From Scyliorhinus canicula (taxonomy: Eukaryota), in the NCBI RefSeq assembly GCF_902713615.1, contig NC_052171.1:1612001-1676000 (forward strand): a stretch of DNA of 64,000 bases, read 5' to 3'. The number at the start of each line of letters is the position of its first letter. The first letter of the stretch is position 1. The position numbers and the translations under genes are program-made. Shown here piece by piece: positions 13,931 to 26,800 of the stretch. The notes beneath the pieces were generated by a model. It had not been told where the DNA came from. It worked only from the letters and a program-made list of their open reading frames with translations, and did not search any database.

Positions 13931-14479
13931 TTTTGGTTTGGGGCAGAGTTGAACACGAGTAGAGAAACACATGTCCTGCAGCCAACTGCAGTTCCTTACT
14001 TCCCAAATCGCTTCAGGTTTTGTCGAAGTCATATAAAACTGGGACAGAATCTATGACTTTGAATGGGACTTGAATTACATTTACGCAGTGGTTTAATTAT
14101 CCCCTGTCCTTTAATCCTCTTTCATCTGAGGATTATCTTCACTCACTCAATGCAGAACTCTCAGAGATTAACTCATGCTTCGAGACAGTGATGCAACACA
14201 AATTTGTTTTCTCAGGATCTAGATGGCACCAGACAGATTCACTTTTTAGCTCAGCTTCACTGTGTGGGAGCGGCAGGACTTTGCTTTGCAGCGCCTCACA
14301 TCGCAAACTTCTGATCAAACCTATATTTGCAATCCACCTTCCTGGGTGATCAGAAATCATCATTGGAAAAGGAGTCAACCTGAGCTCTCCCAACTCACCT
14401 GCTCATCACAAAGCAGTCAGGACACAATTCATTGAAATATTATGGAGACACACTTACTTTCAAAGTTGCAAACATCAGA

Positions 14480-17400
14480 GCAGGGACTGTGTAGGGGAGG
14501 TAAAGAATTCGGAATATTCGGCAATCACTATCTCGGACCATGCCCCGCATTGGGTGGACCTGCAGGTCGGGGGGGGCGAATTACCAACGCCCGCAATGGA
14601 GGTTAGACGTAGGAGCGTAGTCGGAGGAGGGGATATGTGAGAGACTTCGGAAGTGTATGCAAAACTACTTGCAGGTGAACGATACGGGGGAGGTTTCAGC
14701 AGCGACCCTGTGGGAGGCGCTGAAGGCAGTAGTGAGAGGGGAGCTGATCTCAATTCGGGCTCACAGGGTCAGGGCGGACAGAGCAGAAATGGACAGATTG
14801 GTTAGGGGGATTTACCGGATAGACAAGGAGCATGCGGAGTCCCCGGGGAAGGACCTACTCAGGGAGAGACGGAGATTACAGGCGGAATTGGGGGTGCTAT
14901 CCACGAGTAGGGCCGTGGAACAACTTAGGAAGGCGAGGGAAGTGGTGTATGAGCATGGGGAGAAGGCCAGCAGATTGCTCGCGCAGCAACTCAGGAAGAG
15001 GGAGGCGGCCAGGGAAATAAGTAGAGTGATTGATGGGGAGGGGGTCAGAGTGATCAACCCGGCAGGACTGAATAAGGTATTCCGGGACTGCAATAGTAAG
15101 CTATATACTTCAGAACCCCCGGAACAGCCGGAGGAGATGAAAAGGTTCCTGGACGGACTAACCTTCCCAAAAGTAGGAAGGGGACTAGTGGATGGGCTGG
15201 GGGCCCCGATTAGAGCGGAGGAGGTATTGGGGGGCCTAAAGGCCATGCAGTTGGGGAAAGCCCCGGGGTCAGATGGATACCCAGTAGAGTTTTACAAGAA
15301 GTTCTCGGAGTTAGTGGGACCGGTCTTGACTAGGGTTTTTAATGAGGCAAGGGACAGAGGGACCCTGCCGCCGACGATGTCACAAGCCACCATCTCGTTG
15401 ATACTGAAGTGGGACAAGGACCCGGAATCCTGCGGGTCATACAGGCCAATCTCCCTGATCAATGTGGATGGCAAGCACCTGGCAAAGGTCCTGGCGATTA
15501 GAATTGAGGACTGCGTACCGGAGGTGATTGGGGATGATCAGACAGGGTTTGTGAAAGGCAGGCAGCTGACAGCTAACTTGAGACGATTGCTGAATGTGAT
15601 CATGATGCCCCCGACGGGCAAGGAGGTGGAGATAGTGGTGGCAATGGACGCTGAGAAGGCCTTCGATCGGGTGGAGTGGGGCTATCTGTGGGAGGTGCTC
15701 GGACGGTTTGGGTTCGGGGACGGACTGGTGAATTGGGTCAGACTACTGTACCAGGCCCTAAAAGCTAGCGTTAGGATGAACAGGGTAGTGTCAGATTATT
15801 TCAGGCTACATCGCGGACCAGTCAGGGATGGCCACTCTCCCCGTTGCTGTTCGCGCTGGCCATAGAGCCGTTGGCGATTGCGTTGAGAGCTGCGAAGGGG
15901 TGGAAGGCAATGACTTGGGGGGGGGGGGGGGGGACACAGGGTCTCTCTCTATGCGGACAACCTGCTCCTGTATGTGTCGGACCCACTGGCCGGGATGGAA
16001 AATATACTGGAAACACTGAGGAAGTTCGGCCAGTTTTCAGGGTACAAATTAAATATGGCCAAGAGTGAGATGTTTGTGGTGCAGGCAAGGGGCCAGGAGA
16101 ATAGACTGAAGGAGCTGCCATTTAGGCTGGTTGAGGAAAGTTTCCGGTACTTGGGGATACAGGTGGCACGAGACTGAGGCAGGTTGCACAAGTTAAATTT
16201 GACCAGGGTGGTGGAACAAATGAAGAGGGAGTTTCAGAGATGGGATGCACTCCCGCTGTCACTGGCGGGGAGGGTGCAGATTGTAAAGATGACAATCCTC
16301 CCTAGATTCCTGTTCATCTTCCAGTGCCTCCCGATTTTTATCCCACAGTCCTTCTTCAAAAGAACTGGCAAAATCATCATGAACTTTGTCTGGGCGGGAA
16401 AATCCCTGCGGGTGAAGGTGATGCTTGAAAGGAGCCGCAGCGAGGGAGGGCTGGCATTGCCGAGTCTGATCAATCAGCAGCTAACATAGCCATGATAAGG
16501 AAGTGGATGGTGGGTACAGGGTCTATCTGGGAGCGGGTGGAGGCAGCTTCGTGCAGGGGCACCAGTTTGGCAGCCCTGGTCACGGCTCCCCTACTGCTGT
16601 CGCCGGCCAGGTAGCCTGGTAGTGGGAGCGGCCCTGCGGATATGGGGCCAGTGGAGGAGGCATGTAGGGGAGGTGGGTGCGTCTGTCTGGCCTCCAATAT
16701 GTGATAACCATCGGTTTGCCCCCGTGAACATGGATGGAGGGTTTTCGACCATGGCGGCGGGCGGGGGTGAGGAGGGTGGGCGATATGTTCCTGGAGGGGA
16801 GCTTTGCGAGTTTGAGGGGCTTGGAGGAGAAATTTGATCTGATAAGGGGAAATGACTTCAGGTACTTACAGATGCGGGACTTTGTCCGCAGACAGGTCCC
16901 ATCCTTCCCACGCCTCCCGCCAATAGGGATCCAAGACAGAATAGTCTCTAGAGGAGAAGGAGGAGAGGGTAGAGTCTCGCATATTTATAAGGTGCTCATG
17001 AAGGGGGAAGAGTCCCAGACGGAGGAACTGAAACTCAAACGGGAGGAGGAGCTGGGCGGGGAGATGGAGGACGGGCTGTGGGCAGAAGCCCTGAGTAGGG
17101 TAAACTCAACCGCAACATGTGCCAGGCTCAGCCTGATTCAATTTAAGGTCGTTCACCGGCCCACATGACGGTAGCTCGGATGAGCAAATTCTTTGGGGTA
17201 GAGGATAAGTGCGCTAGATGCGGGGAAGGACCAGCGAACCACGTTCACATGTTTTGGGCATGTCCTAAGCTTAGGGGGTACTGAGAGGGATTTGCGGGAA
17301 TCATGTCCCGGGTGCTAAAAACAAGGGTGCTGATTAGTCCAGGGGTGGCAGTTTTTGGGGTTTTGGAAGACCCGGGAGTCCAGGGCGAGAAAGAGGCCGA

Positions 17401-17809
17401 TGTTTTGGCCTTTGCTCCCCTGATAGCCCGGCGACGAATACTGCTGGCATGGAGGGACTCAAAGCCCCCGAAGACTGAGCTATGGCTTTCGGACATGTCA
17501 AGTATTCTGGGTATGGAAAAAATTAAGTTCGCCTTGAGGGGATCTGTACTGGGATTCGCCTGAAGGTGGCAACCATTCATCGACTTCTTTGCGTGAGAGT
17601 GAACGTCAGCAGGGGGTGGGGAGATTAGAGTAGAGTAGGAGGGATAAATAGGCGGGTAGTATCGATGGGAGGAGCGGGCTTGTGCAGTATGGTTCGATTG
17701 AAGTATTGATTTTACGTTGATATTTGCACATTTTTGCCTTTTTTTTTTGCTGTTATCTGTAACTGCTTACAATGCCGAAAAATACGTCAATAAAATTGTT
17801 TGATAAAAA
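14480..17809 (+). mobile_element. 5'-truncated L1-clade LINE (ORF2 end of EN, RT, C-terminus) with 18-bp TSD AAAGTTGCAAACATCAGA
   Basis: LWEALKAVVRG, KAPGSDGYP, YRPISLIN, DQTGFVKGR, DAEKAFDRVEW; frameshifts and stops; AATAAA 17789 plus poly(A); TSD at 14462-14479 and 17810-17827. Confidence 0.95.
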
Positions 17810-18719
17810 AAAGTTGCAAACATCAGAATTTATTCCTTTTTAAAAATCAAATTGCATGTCATTGCATATGAGTGAGTCGGTATTTCTGCACATTCTATTA
17901 ATAATGATTATATTATTAATATAATAATGAATTATTATGAATTGAATCTGCAAGGGCCAGAAGGTGATTATTGGAACACAGGAAGGCTATTCAGCCTATT
18001 GAGCCGGGTCCATAATTCAATTAGATCATGGTTGATCATCTACCTAACTGCCAGTTTCACACACCATTTCCATATCCCTTTACGTGGTTAGTCTCCAGAA
18101 ACCAATCAATTTCTATCATGAATATGCTCAATGATTGAAGTCTGGGGTGGAGAATTCCAAAGATTCACCACTCGCTAAATGAAGACATTTCTCCTCATCT
18201 CAGTCTGAAATAGCCGACCCCTTTTCCTGAGATTATTTTCCCTACTTTTAGACTAACCAGCTGGGAGAAATATATTATCTACATGGACCCTGTCATGCCT
18301 GTTCTGTATGACTCCATAACAAATCCAGTCTCCTCAATCTCTCCTCATACAACAATCGCGCTATCCCAGATGCAAGGATCCTCCTGTTTATTCCTTGTTT
18401 TTTTCCCTTTTAGTTTATGTTTGCTATTTCAATTGTTGTACGTGGACAATTAATGTGCCTCTGCTTTAAGTTGGACTTCACTTTTAATTTGAGTGGCTGG
18501 TAAACTGAAAATTTACCAATGAGCTATAGCAAGACAGGTTGCAAGTTGTTTACATTTCAGATCAACTGATTCCAGGGGATCAATGGAAACACACCTTGAT
18601 GGACTTGGCTGTCGGCCAATGGACTGTTTTGAACTGCCATGTCCTGTCAATGGCCCCTGCAGATAGGTTGGGATTTTCTCTGGAATGCTTCTTCCTGTGT
18701 AATTGTGTTTTCTCATTTA

Positions 18720-19040
18720 TTATAGAATTTAGTGAAGAAGGAGGCCATTCAGGCCCATCGAGTCTGCACCACCCTTACAAAGAGTACCTACTGAAGTCCA
18801 CGTATCTACCCTACCCCATAACCCCCACTTAACATTTTTTGGACACTAAGGGCAATTAGAATGGCCAATCAACCCAACCCGCACATATTTGGACTATGGG
18901 AGGAAACCGGAGAACCCGAAGGAAACCCACGCAGACATGGGGAGAACATGCAGACTCTGCACAGTGACACAGCTGGGAATCGAACCAGGGGCCCTGGAGC
19001 TGTGAAGCAAGTGTGCTAACCACTGTGCCATCCTGCTGCC
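18720..19040 (-). mobile_element. V-SINE (HE1-like), antisense
   Basis: Reverse complement of V-core and tRNA head. Confidence 0.85.
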
Positions 19041-19988
19041 CATTTACTTTTGATTTGATCGCAGAAGGCTGGAGCTCTGATTTCTCTCTCAACTAATGGA
19101 TTCTTTCTGAAGATCTCTTTCTCTGCACAGCCAGATCGAACTGCAAGGAAATCTGATCAAACCACCACCTGCAGACAGCGTTCAGCTGTTTAAAACCTTT
19201 TTAAAATCCCGTGTGGGTGTGAGGGAAGACCATAAGAAATAGGAGCAGTATTAGGCCAGACGGCCCATCGAGTCTGCTCCGCCATTCAATCATGGCTGAT
19301 ATTTTCTCATCTCTGTTCTTATCAATCAGGCTGTTAGTTATTCTGGTGCAGTTGGAAACAAGCAAGAATTGAACAGGCCTGAGGCTGTCCCTTTGAATGA
19401 AAGTGCAGGTCAATAAAAGTTAAAGTGCATCTTCTGAGGAAACCCAATTGTCTGGGAATAATATCTGAATGCACCTGCCAGAAGACCATCTCTGACACCA
19501 TACTGGTCACTTCAATCCCTACTCATCCTGGGAGCTAGGCCAGCTGCAACGCCTTCAACATCGGAAGCAAGGACACTCATCTTTCATTTCATATTAATTG
19601 CCTTTTTTCACCCTTTCCTTCCTTCTGTGTGTCTGTCTTGTGTATATTTGGGTCGAAGGTCAGGATGGTAAAAAAGAGGGAGCAGTAGATTAGCTGGCAG
19701 TTACTTTGTCATAATTACTGGATATTTCAACTTTGTTTTATGTTATAAATGAACAGTCATTGTGTCCAATGTATAAACCTGGTGGCTACAATTTACTGAA
19801 CAGTCAAGGGGCTAAAAGTTCTGTAACTTTTAGAGAAATTATTGGTTCATTCACTTGTATTGGGACTCTGGGGTCTGTGGAGCTGGAACCGACCACAGTA
19901 GCAAGGGTGTCGTTAAACAGGGATTAACCTGGTGAACCTCTGTTGAACTCCCTTTGTGTCAAGTATGTCCTTTCTTGGATAAGGAGAC

Positions 19989-20269
19989 TGTTATAACCTG
20001 CCTGCTTACCACTGGCTGGGGACTAATGACAATCCCACAATCCTATGGGAGTATGAGCTTCCCCAATGAGGGGGGCGGAGAAATCATTAGCAGTCTCCCT
20101 GCATAAACAGAGCTGGCCAGTTTGGAACCAGCAGAGCGAGAGGAGTGAACAGCAAGGGCTGCGGCGGCGGCGGCGGCTGCTGCTGCAGCTGCATATATAT
20201 ATATATATATATGTTATTGTAAATAAATGTATCCTGAAAACTCGTGCTGGATTCTTTGTGGCCCTCACA
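19989..20269 (+). mobile_element. Solo LTR (281 bp) with 5-bp TSD GAGAC, inside an antisense CR1
   Basis: TG...CA ends; GAGAC at 19984-19988 and 20270-20274; internal CCAAT, GC box, TATA-like and AATAAA motifs. Confidence 0.85.
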
Positions 20270-20424
20270 GAGACAAAAACTATGCACAATACTCCAGGTG
20301 AGGTCTCACCAAGGCATGAAAGTGACAAGATCACTTTACTTCTGTACTCAAATCCCTTTGTCATGAAGGCCAACATACAATTTGCCTTCCTAATTGCAAT
20401 AAAAAAATAATAAGAAGAATAAGG

Positions 20425-20697
20425 GGAAGTAGATTTAGGACTGAGTTTAGGAGGAACTTCTTCACCCAAAGGGTTGTGAATCTATGGAATTCCTTGCCCA
20501 GTGAAGCAGTTGAGGCTCCTTCATTAGATGTTTTTACGGTAAAGATAGATAGTTTTTTGAAGAATAAAGGGATTAAGGGTTATGGTGTTCGGGCCGGAAA
20601 GTGGAGCTGGGTCCACAAAAGATCAGCCATGATCTCATTGAATGGTGGAGCAGGCTCGAGGGGCCAGATGGCCTACTCCTGCTCCTAGTTCTTATGT
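20425..20697 (+). mobile_element. CR1 3' end fragment
   Basis: [19 protein letters not shown]; tail GGCCTACTCCTGCTCCTA. Confidence 0.8.
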
Positions 20698-21223
20698 TGC
20701 GCCTGCATAGCTTTTCATGACTCGTGAATATGGACACCAGGGCTCCTCTAAACACCCACACATCCCAACCTCTCACCATTTGAGAATATCACGCTTTTCT
20801 GGTTCTTCTGCCAAAGTGACTAACTTGAGACTTGTTCGCATTAGATTCCAGCCCATTCACTTAGACTGTCCAAATCCTGTTATCCACCCAAATTCGTCAT
20901 GAATTGTTAAGAACCATAAAACAGGGGAAATAAATTGATCTGTTCTGCATTTTTGATTAAACACAGCATTTAGGAAAGCAAAAAACATGTTTACGGCTGG
21001 AAGCCTCAAGTACAGTTAGTTTATTGTGACACTAGTTATCGTCTCAATCAGAAATTGAAAAACAGGATGCAAACATGATTCAAAGCCGGGGTCATTCAAC
21101 GATAAAGACAAGAACCTGCCACCCATACCACTGCAAGAGCGCCGAGACATGACTCCAGTCCTACACTAACTGGATGGTTGACTCTGTAACCATCCAGCTG
21201 GAGGCGGGCATTAAATGGTGGCT

Positions 21224-22483
21224 TGCCAACATCATCTGCACCCTGAGATTAAATTATTTAAATAGCCAAGGAAAGAAACTGAAAGTGGACATGTTAATCA
21301 TGCAAACAAACCAGACAGCATCTTTAAAAAGGACAGGTTATTGAAATGGCAAGCTAAGCAAATAAAACAGCAATACGTTTGGTTACACACCCTCAGCATC
21401 AATAAACGATCTTCTTGCTTTGTAATTGCTGATTGATCTACTGTATATTTATTATAATTTTTGTCGTGAGCATAACATATTACCTGGCAAAAACCCAGAA
21501 GCAAAACGTCTGCCGTTGAATAATTATTCTTCATATGTTCACAGTGGCAATTGTATAACCAGGTAGCTCAGCTGTTGGTACTCTCCACTGACAGCATAAA
21601 CATAGTTGGTTACTATCAAGTAAAATTTATTTTCAGATACGTGCCTTCTTTCGTCCTCACTGTCTTCCAGTGCTCCACCTGTGTTACACGTTCCCTCTAT
21701 AGGTGTTGGTGTCTCTTCAGCACTGTCTGAACGTAAACTCTTATTGCCTCCCTAGCACTGTCTCTTCCAAAACAACATGTATTAATTAGGTCATGCCTTG
21801 AATGTGTGTAATGTCCAACGGTGCATTTCTGAAGCCATTTCAAATGTAACGTCAAGCCAGATAAGGAAATATCAGGGTAGATGACCAGGAGCACGATAAT
21901 CATTTGAGCAGTGTATTGCAGGACAAAGAGATAGAGAAATGGGAGGGAATTCCAGCACTCGGGCCTTTGGTTACTGAAGAAACAACACTGCATTCTCTCC
22001 TTGCCTACTCAGTGCTGCACCTACACTGCATGCTTCCACCGCTGCTGCAAACTGCCTTCTCCTATGAGCTCCCAACACTGCCCTGATACTGTGTGCTGTC
22101 ACTGCCTCTCTAGAGCTACTTCTGATCTTTAACAATAATAAATTGAAATTATCCAGCATCTTTAACACGGTGAAACATCCAAAAGGATATCACAGGCGAA
22201 TTGTCAAACAAACTAGAATACCGAACCATGTGACAAGGTATTTGGAGATATGATCATGGCTTGGTCAAAGAGATGGGCTCAGCTAATCCCAGGAGGCACT
22301 GGAGAAAACTTCTGCTCATCATCATCTTCTGCCAACATCATCTACACCCTGAGATTAAATTTTTTAAATAGCCAAGGAAAGAAACTGAAAGTGGACATGT
22401 TAATCATGCAAACAAACCAGACAGCATCTTTAAAAAGGACAGGTTATTTAAATGGCAAGCTAAGCAAATAAAACAGCAATACG
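21224..22483 (+). repeat. 154-bp dispersed direct repeat (21224-21377 and 22330-22483)
   Basis: Manual alignment, 3 mismatches. Confidence 0.9.
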
Positions 22484-23375
22484 GCAGTTACTCTGAAAAT
22501 ACCCGAAGTCGCCACATTCCGGCGCCTGTTCGGGTACACTGAGGAAGAGTTACGTAACAGCCACGTCTTTCGGGAATTGTGGGAGGAAACGCACGCAGAC
22601 ACAGGGAGAACTTGCAGACTCCTCAAAGTGACCCAAGCTGGAAATCGAACCTGAGACCCTGAAGCTGTGAATCAACAGTGCTACCCACGGTGCTACTGTG
22701 CTGCCCACAGCAGGGGAGCAGGGTGGGGGGAGCATTTGGACCACTGCCTTTGGACTGGATCTCCAAATGAGCATCATGACACCCCACCATCCATCCCCTG
22801 TCCTGTTAAGCACAATAAGATAACACGGGCTGCAACTGGATGCAGCTTTACGTGAGAGATACTCCACACCTTGAAGTTAGTTCAATATGATTTATTGCAC
22901 CTGTCACACAGCTAGCTCAATCCTCTGAGTTCGACTGTCTGCTAACCTACTGTGATTAATCTGTCTGACTGAACCAGACTAGCTCTTTGCCACGTGCTGT
23001 AGGAGTTATATATGTACACCCTGACTCGCAACGTAGATGTCACCAGTGGAAAGAGGCGGAGTGTGTCTCGTGCCTTTTATACTAGGAAACCACCCCCAAG
23101 TGTTGTCTCTGCATATCATGATACCCCCTGCACACTTAGCCATCGTTCCTGTCAAAACGATCATTGAATGTCTCGATTGAACCTGCCTCCACCACACACG
23201 AGGGAAGCTTATTCCAGACCCCCTCCCTCCCTCCCTCCCTCCCTCCCACCGCATTTGCTTCTTTTGCACATCACTTCCCTGTCCTTCGGCATCATTTTTA
23301 CCAGCAGGAGTAAGGAATGAGGCGGGTGAATGATTGAGCAGTGCAGGGATTGCCTGGTTCAGACTGGATGCGGCC

Positions 23376-23788
23376 CCGGGGGGGGAGAGGGGGGGGGTGC
23401 AGGATGAGGCTGGGGGGTGCAGGATGAGGGAGGGGGGGTGCAGGATGAGGAGGGGTGCAGTATGAGGGGGGGGTGCAGTATGAGGCGGGGGGTGCAGGAT
23501 GAGGGGGGGGGGGGTGCAGGATGAGGGGGGGGTGCAGGATGAGGCCCGGGGGGGGGGGGGGGGGGGGGGGGGGGTGCAGGATGAGGCCCGGGGGAGGGGG
23601 GGGGGGGTGCAGGATGAGGGGGGGGTGCAGGATGAGGGGGGGTGCAGGATGAGGGGGGGGTGCAGGATGAGGGGGGGTGCAGGATGAGGGGGTGGGGGTG
23701 CAGGATGAGGGGGTGGGGGTGCAGGATGAGGCCCGGGGGGTGGGGGGGGGGTTGCAGGATGAGGCCGGGGGGGGGGGGGGGGTGCAGG
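23376..23788 (+). repeat. G-rich tandem repeat (G)n-TGCAGGATGAG, about 18 units, followed by a (CAGA)n microsatellite
   Basis: Direct reading. Confidence 0.95.
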
Positions 23789-23808
23789 CAGACAGACAGA
23801 CAGACAGG

Positions 23809-26800
23809 CTGCCTGCTCCCTGTGCTGCACTCTGCCAGCTCCCTGTGCTGCACTCTGCCAGCTCCCTGTGCTGCACTCTGCCAGCTCCCTGTGCTGCGCT
23901 CTGCCTGCTCCCTGTGCTGCACTCTGCCAGCTCCCTGTGCTGCGCTCTGCCAGCTCCCTGTGCTGCGCTCTGCCAGCTCCCCGTGCTGCACTCTGCCAGC
24001 TCCCTGTGCTGCACTCTCCCAGCTCCCTGTGCTGCGCTCTCCCAGCTCCCTGTGCTGCACTCTGCCAGCTCCCTGTGCTGCACCCTGCCAGCTCCCTGGG
24101 CTGCACTCTGCCAGCTCCCTGTGCTGCACTCTGCCAGCTCCCTGTGCTGCACTCTGCCAGCTCCCTGTGCTGCACTCTGCCAGCTCCCTGTGCTGCACTC
24201 TGCCAGCTCCCTGGGCTGCACTCTGCCAGCTCCCTGTGCTGCACTCTGCCAGCTCCCTGTGCTGCACTCTGCCAGCTCCCTGTGCTGCACTCTGCCAGCT
24301 CCCTGTGCTGCCAGCTCCCTGTGCTGCACTCTGCCAGCTCCCTGTGCTGCGCTCTCCCAGCTCCCTGTGCTGCGCTCTGCCAGCTCCCTGTGCTGCACCC
24401 TGCCAGCTCCCTGTGCTGCGCTCTCCCAGCTCCCTGTGCTGCGCTCTCCCAGCTCCCTGTGCTGCGCTCTGCCAGCTCCCTGTGCTGCACCCTGCCAGCT
24501 CCCTGTGCTGCACTCTGCCAGCTCCCTGTGCTGCACTCTGCCAGCTCCCTGTGCTGCACCCTGCCAGCTCCCTGTGCTGCACCCTGCCAGCTCCATGTGC
24601 TGCACTCTGCCAGCTCCCTGTGCTGCACTCTGCCAGCTCCCTGGGCTGCACTCTGCCAGCTCCCTGTGCTGCGCTCTCCCAGCTCCCTGTGCTGCGCTCT
24701 GCCAGCTCCCTGTGCTGCACTCTGCCAGCTCCCTGTGCTGCACTCTGCCAGCTCCCTGTGCTGCACTCTGCCAGCTCCCTGTGCTGCACTCTGCCAGCTC
24801 CCCGTGCTGCACTCTGCCAGCTCCCTGTGCTGCACTCTGCCAGCTCCCTGTGCTGCACTCTGCCAGCTCCCTGTGCTGCGCTCTGCCAGCTCCCTGTGCT
24901 GCGCTCTGCCAGCTCCCTGTGCTGCGCTCTGCCAGCTCCCTGTGCTGCACCCTGCCAGCTCCCTGTGCTGCACTCTGCCAGCTCCCTGTGCTGCACTCTG
25001 CCAGCTCCCTGTGCTGCACTCTGCCAGCTCCCTGTGCTGCACCCTGCCAGCTCCCTGTGCTGCACCCTGCCAGCACCCTGTGCTGCGCTCTGCCAGCTCC
25101 CTGTGCTGCGCTCTGCCAGCTCCCTGTGCTGCGCTCTGCCAGCTCCCTGTGCTGCGCTCTGCCTGCTCCCTGTGCTGCGCTCTGCCAGCTCCCTGTGCTG
25201 CACTCTGCCAGCTCCCTGTGCTGCACTCTGCCAGCTCCCTGTGCTGCACTCTGCCAGCTCCCTGTGCAGCACTCTGCCAGCTCCCTGTGCTGCACTCTGC
25301 CAGCTCCCTGTGCTGCACTCTGCCAGCTCCCTGTGCAGCGCTCTGCCAGCTCCCTGTGCTGCACTCTGCCAGCTCCCTGTGCTGCACTCTCCCAGCTCCC
25401 TGTGCTGCACCCTGCCAGCTCCCTGTGCTGCACTCTGCCTGCTCCGTGCTGCACTCTGCCAGCTCCCTGTGCTGCACTCTGCCAGCTCCCTGTGCTGCAC
25501 TCTCCCAGCTCCCTGTGCTGCACCCTGCCAGCTCCCTGTGCTGCACTCTGCCAGCTCCCTGTGCTGCACTCTGCCAGCTCCCTGTGCTGCACTCTGCCAG
25601 CTCCCTGTGCTGCACCCTGCCAGCTCCCTGTGCTGCACTCTGCCAGCTCCCTGTGCTGCGCTCTGCCAGCTCCCTGTGCTGCGCTCTGCCAGCTCCCTGT
25701 GCTGCGCTCTGCCAGCTCCCTGTGCTGCGCTCTGCCTGCTCCCTGTGCTGCACTCTGCCAGCTCCCTGTGCTGCACTCTGCCAGCTCCCTGTGCTGCACT
25801 CTGCCAGCTCCCTGTGCTGCACTCTGCCAGCTCCCTGTGCTGCACTCTGCCAGCTCCCTGTGCTGCACTCTCCCAGCTCCCTGTGCTGCACTCTGCCAGC
25901 TCCCTGTGCTGCACTCTCCCAGCTCCCTGTGCTGCACTCTGCCAGCTCCCTGTGCTGCACTCTGCCAGCTCCCTGTGCTGCACTCTGCCAGCTCCCTGTG
26001 CTGCATTCTGCCAGCTCCCTGTGCTGCACTCTGCCAGCTCCCCGTGCTGCACTCTGCCAGCTCCCCGTGCTGCACTCTGCCAGCTCCCCGTGCTGCGCTC
26101 TGCCTGCTCCCTGTGCTGCACTCTGCCAGCTCCCTGTGCTGCACTCTCCCAGCTCCCTGTGCTGCACTCTGCCAGCTCCCTGTGCTGCACTCTGCCAGCT
26201 CCCTGTGCTGCACTCTGCCAGCTCCCTGTGCTGCATTCTGCCAGCTCCCTGTGCTGCACTCTGCCAGCTCCCCGTGCTGCACTCTGCCAGCTCCCCGTGC
26301 TGCACTCTGCCAGCTCCCCGTGCTGCGCTCTGCCTGCTCCCCGTGCTGCACTCTGCCAGCTCCCTGTGCTGCGCTCTGCCTGCTCCCTGTGCTGCACTCT
26401 GCCAGCTCCCTGTGCTGCGCTCTGCCAGCTCCCTGTGCTGCGCTCTGCCTGCTCCCTGTGCTGCACTCTGCCAGCTCCCTGTGCTGCGCTCTGCCAGCTC
26501 CCTGTGCTGCACTCTGCCAGCTCCCTGTGCTGCACTCTGCCAGCTCCCTGTGCTGCACTCTGCCAGCTCCCTGTGCTGCACTCTGCCAGCTCCCTGGGCT
26601 GCACTCTGCCAGCTCCCTGTGCTGCACTCTGCCAGCTCCCTGTGCTGCACTCTGCCAGCTCCCTGTGCTGCACTCTGCCAGCTCCCTGTGCTGCACTCTG
26701 CCAGCTCCCTGTGCTGCATTCTGCCAGCTCCCAGTGCTGCACTCTGCCAGCTCCCCGTGCTGCACTCTGCCAGCTCCCCGTGCTGCACTCTGCCAGCTCC

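Noticed and set aside
13990-14460. Minus-strand donor motifs and an 84-aa ORF suggesting a divergent upstream gene
   Set aside because: No recognisable protein similarity and no coherent exon chain.
14657-15865. 402-aa reverse-transcriptase ORF as an active or domesticated gene
   Set aside because: Part of a 5'-truncated L1 with TSD and downstream frameshifts and stops.
22831-23134. Possible antisense solo LTR (TATAAAAGG and AATAAA on the minus strand)
   Set aside because: No clear TSD or right boundary found, so not listed as a feature.
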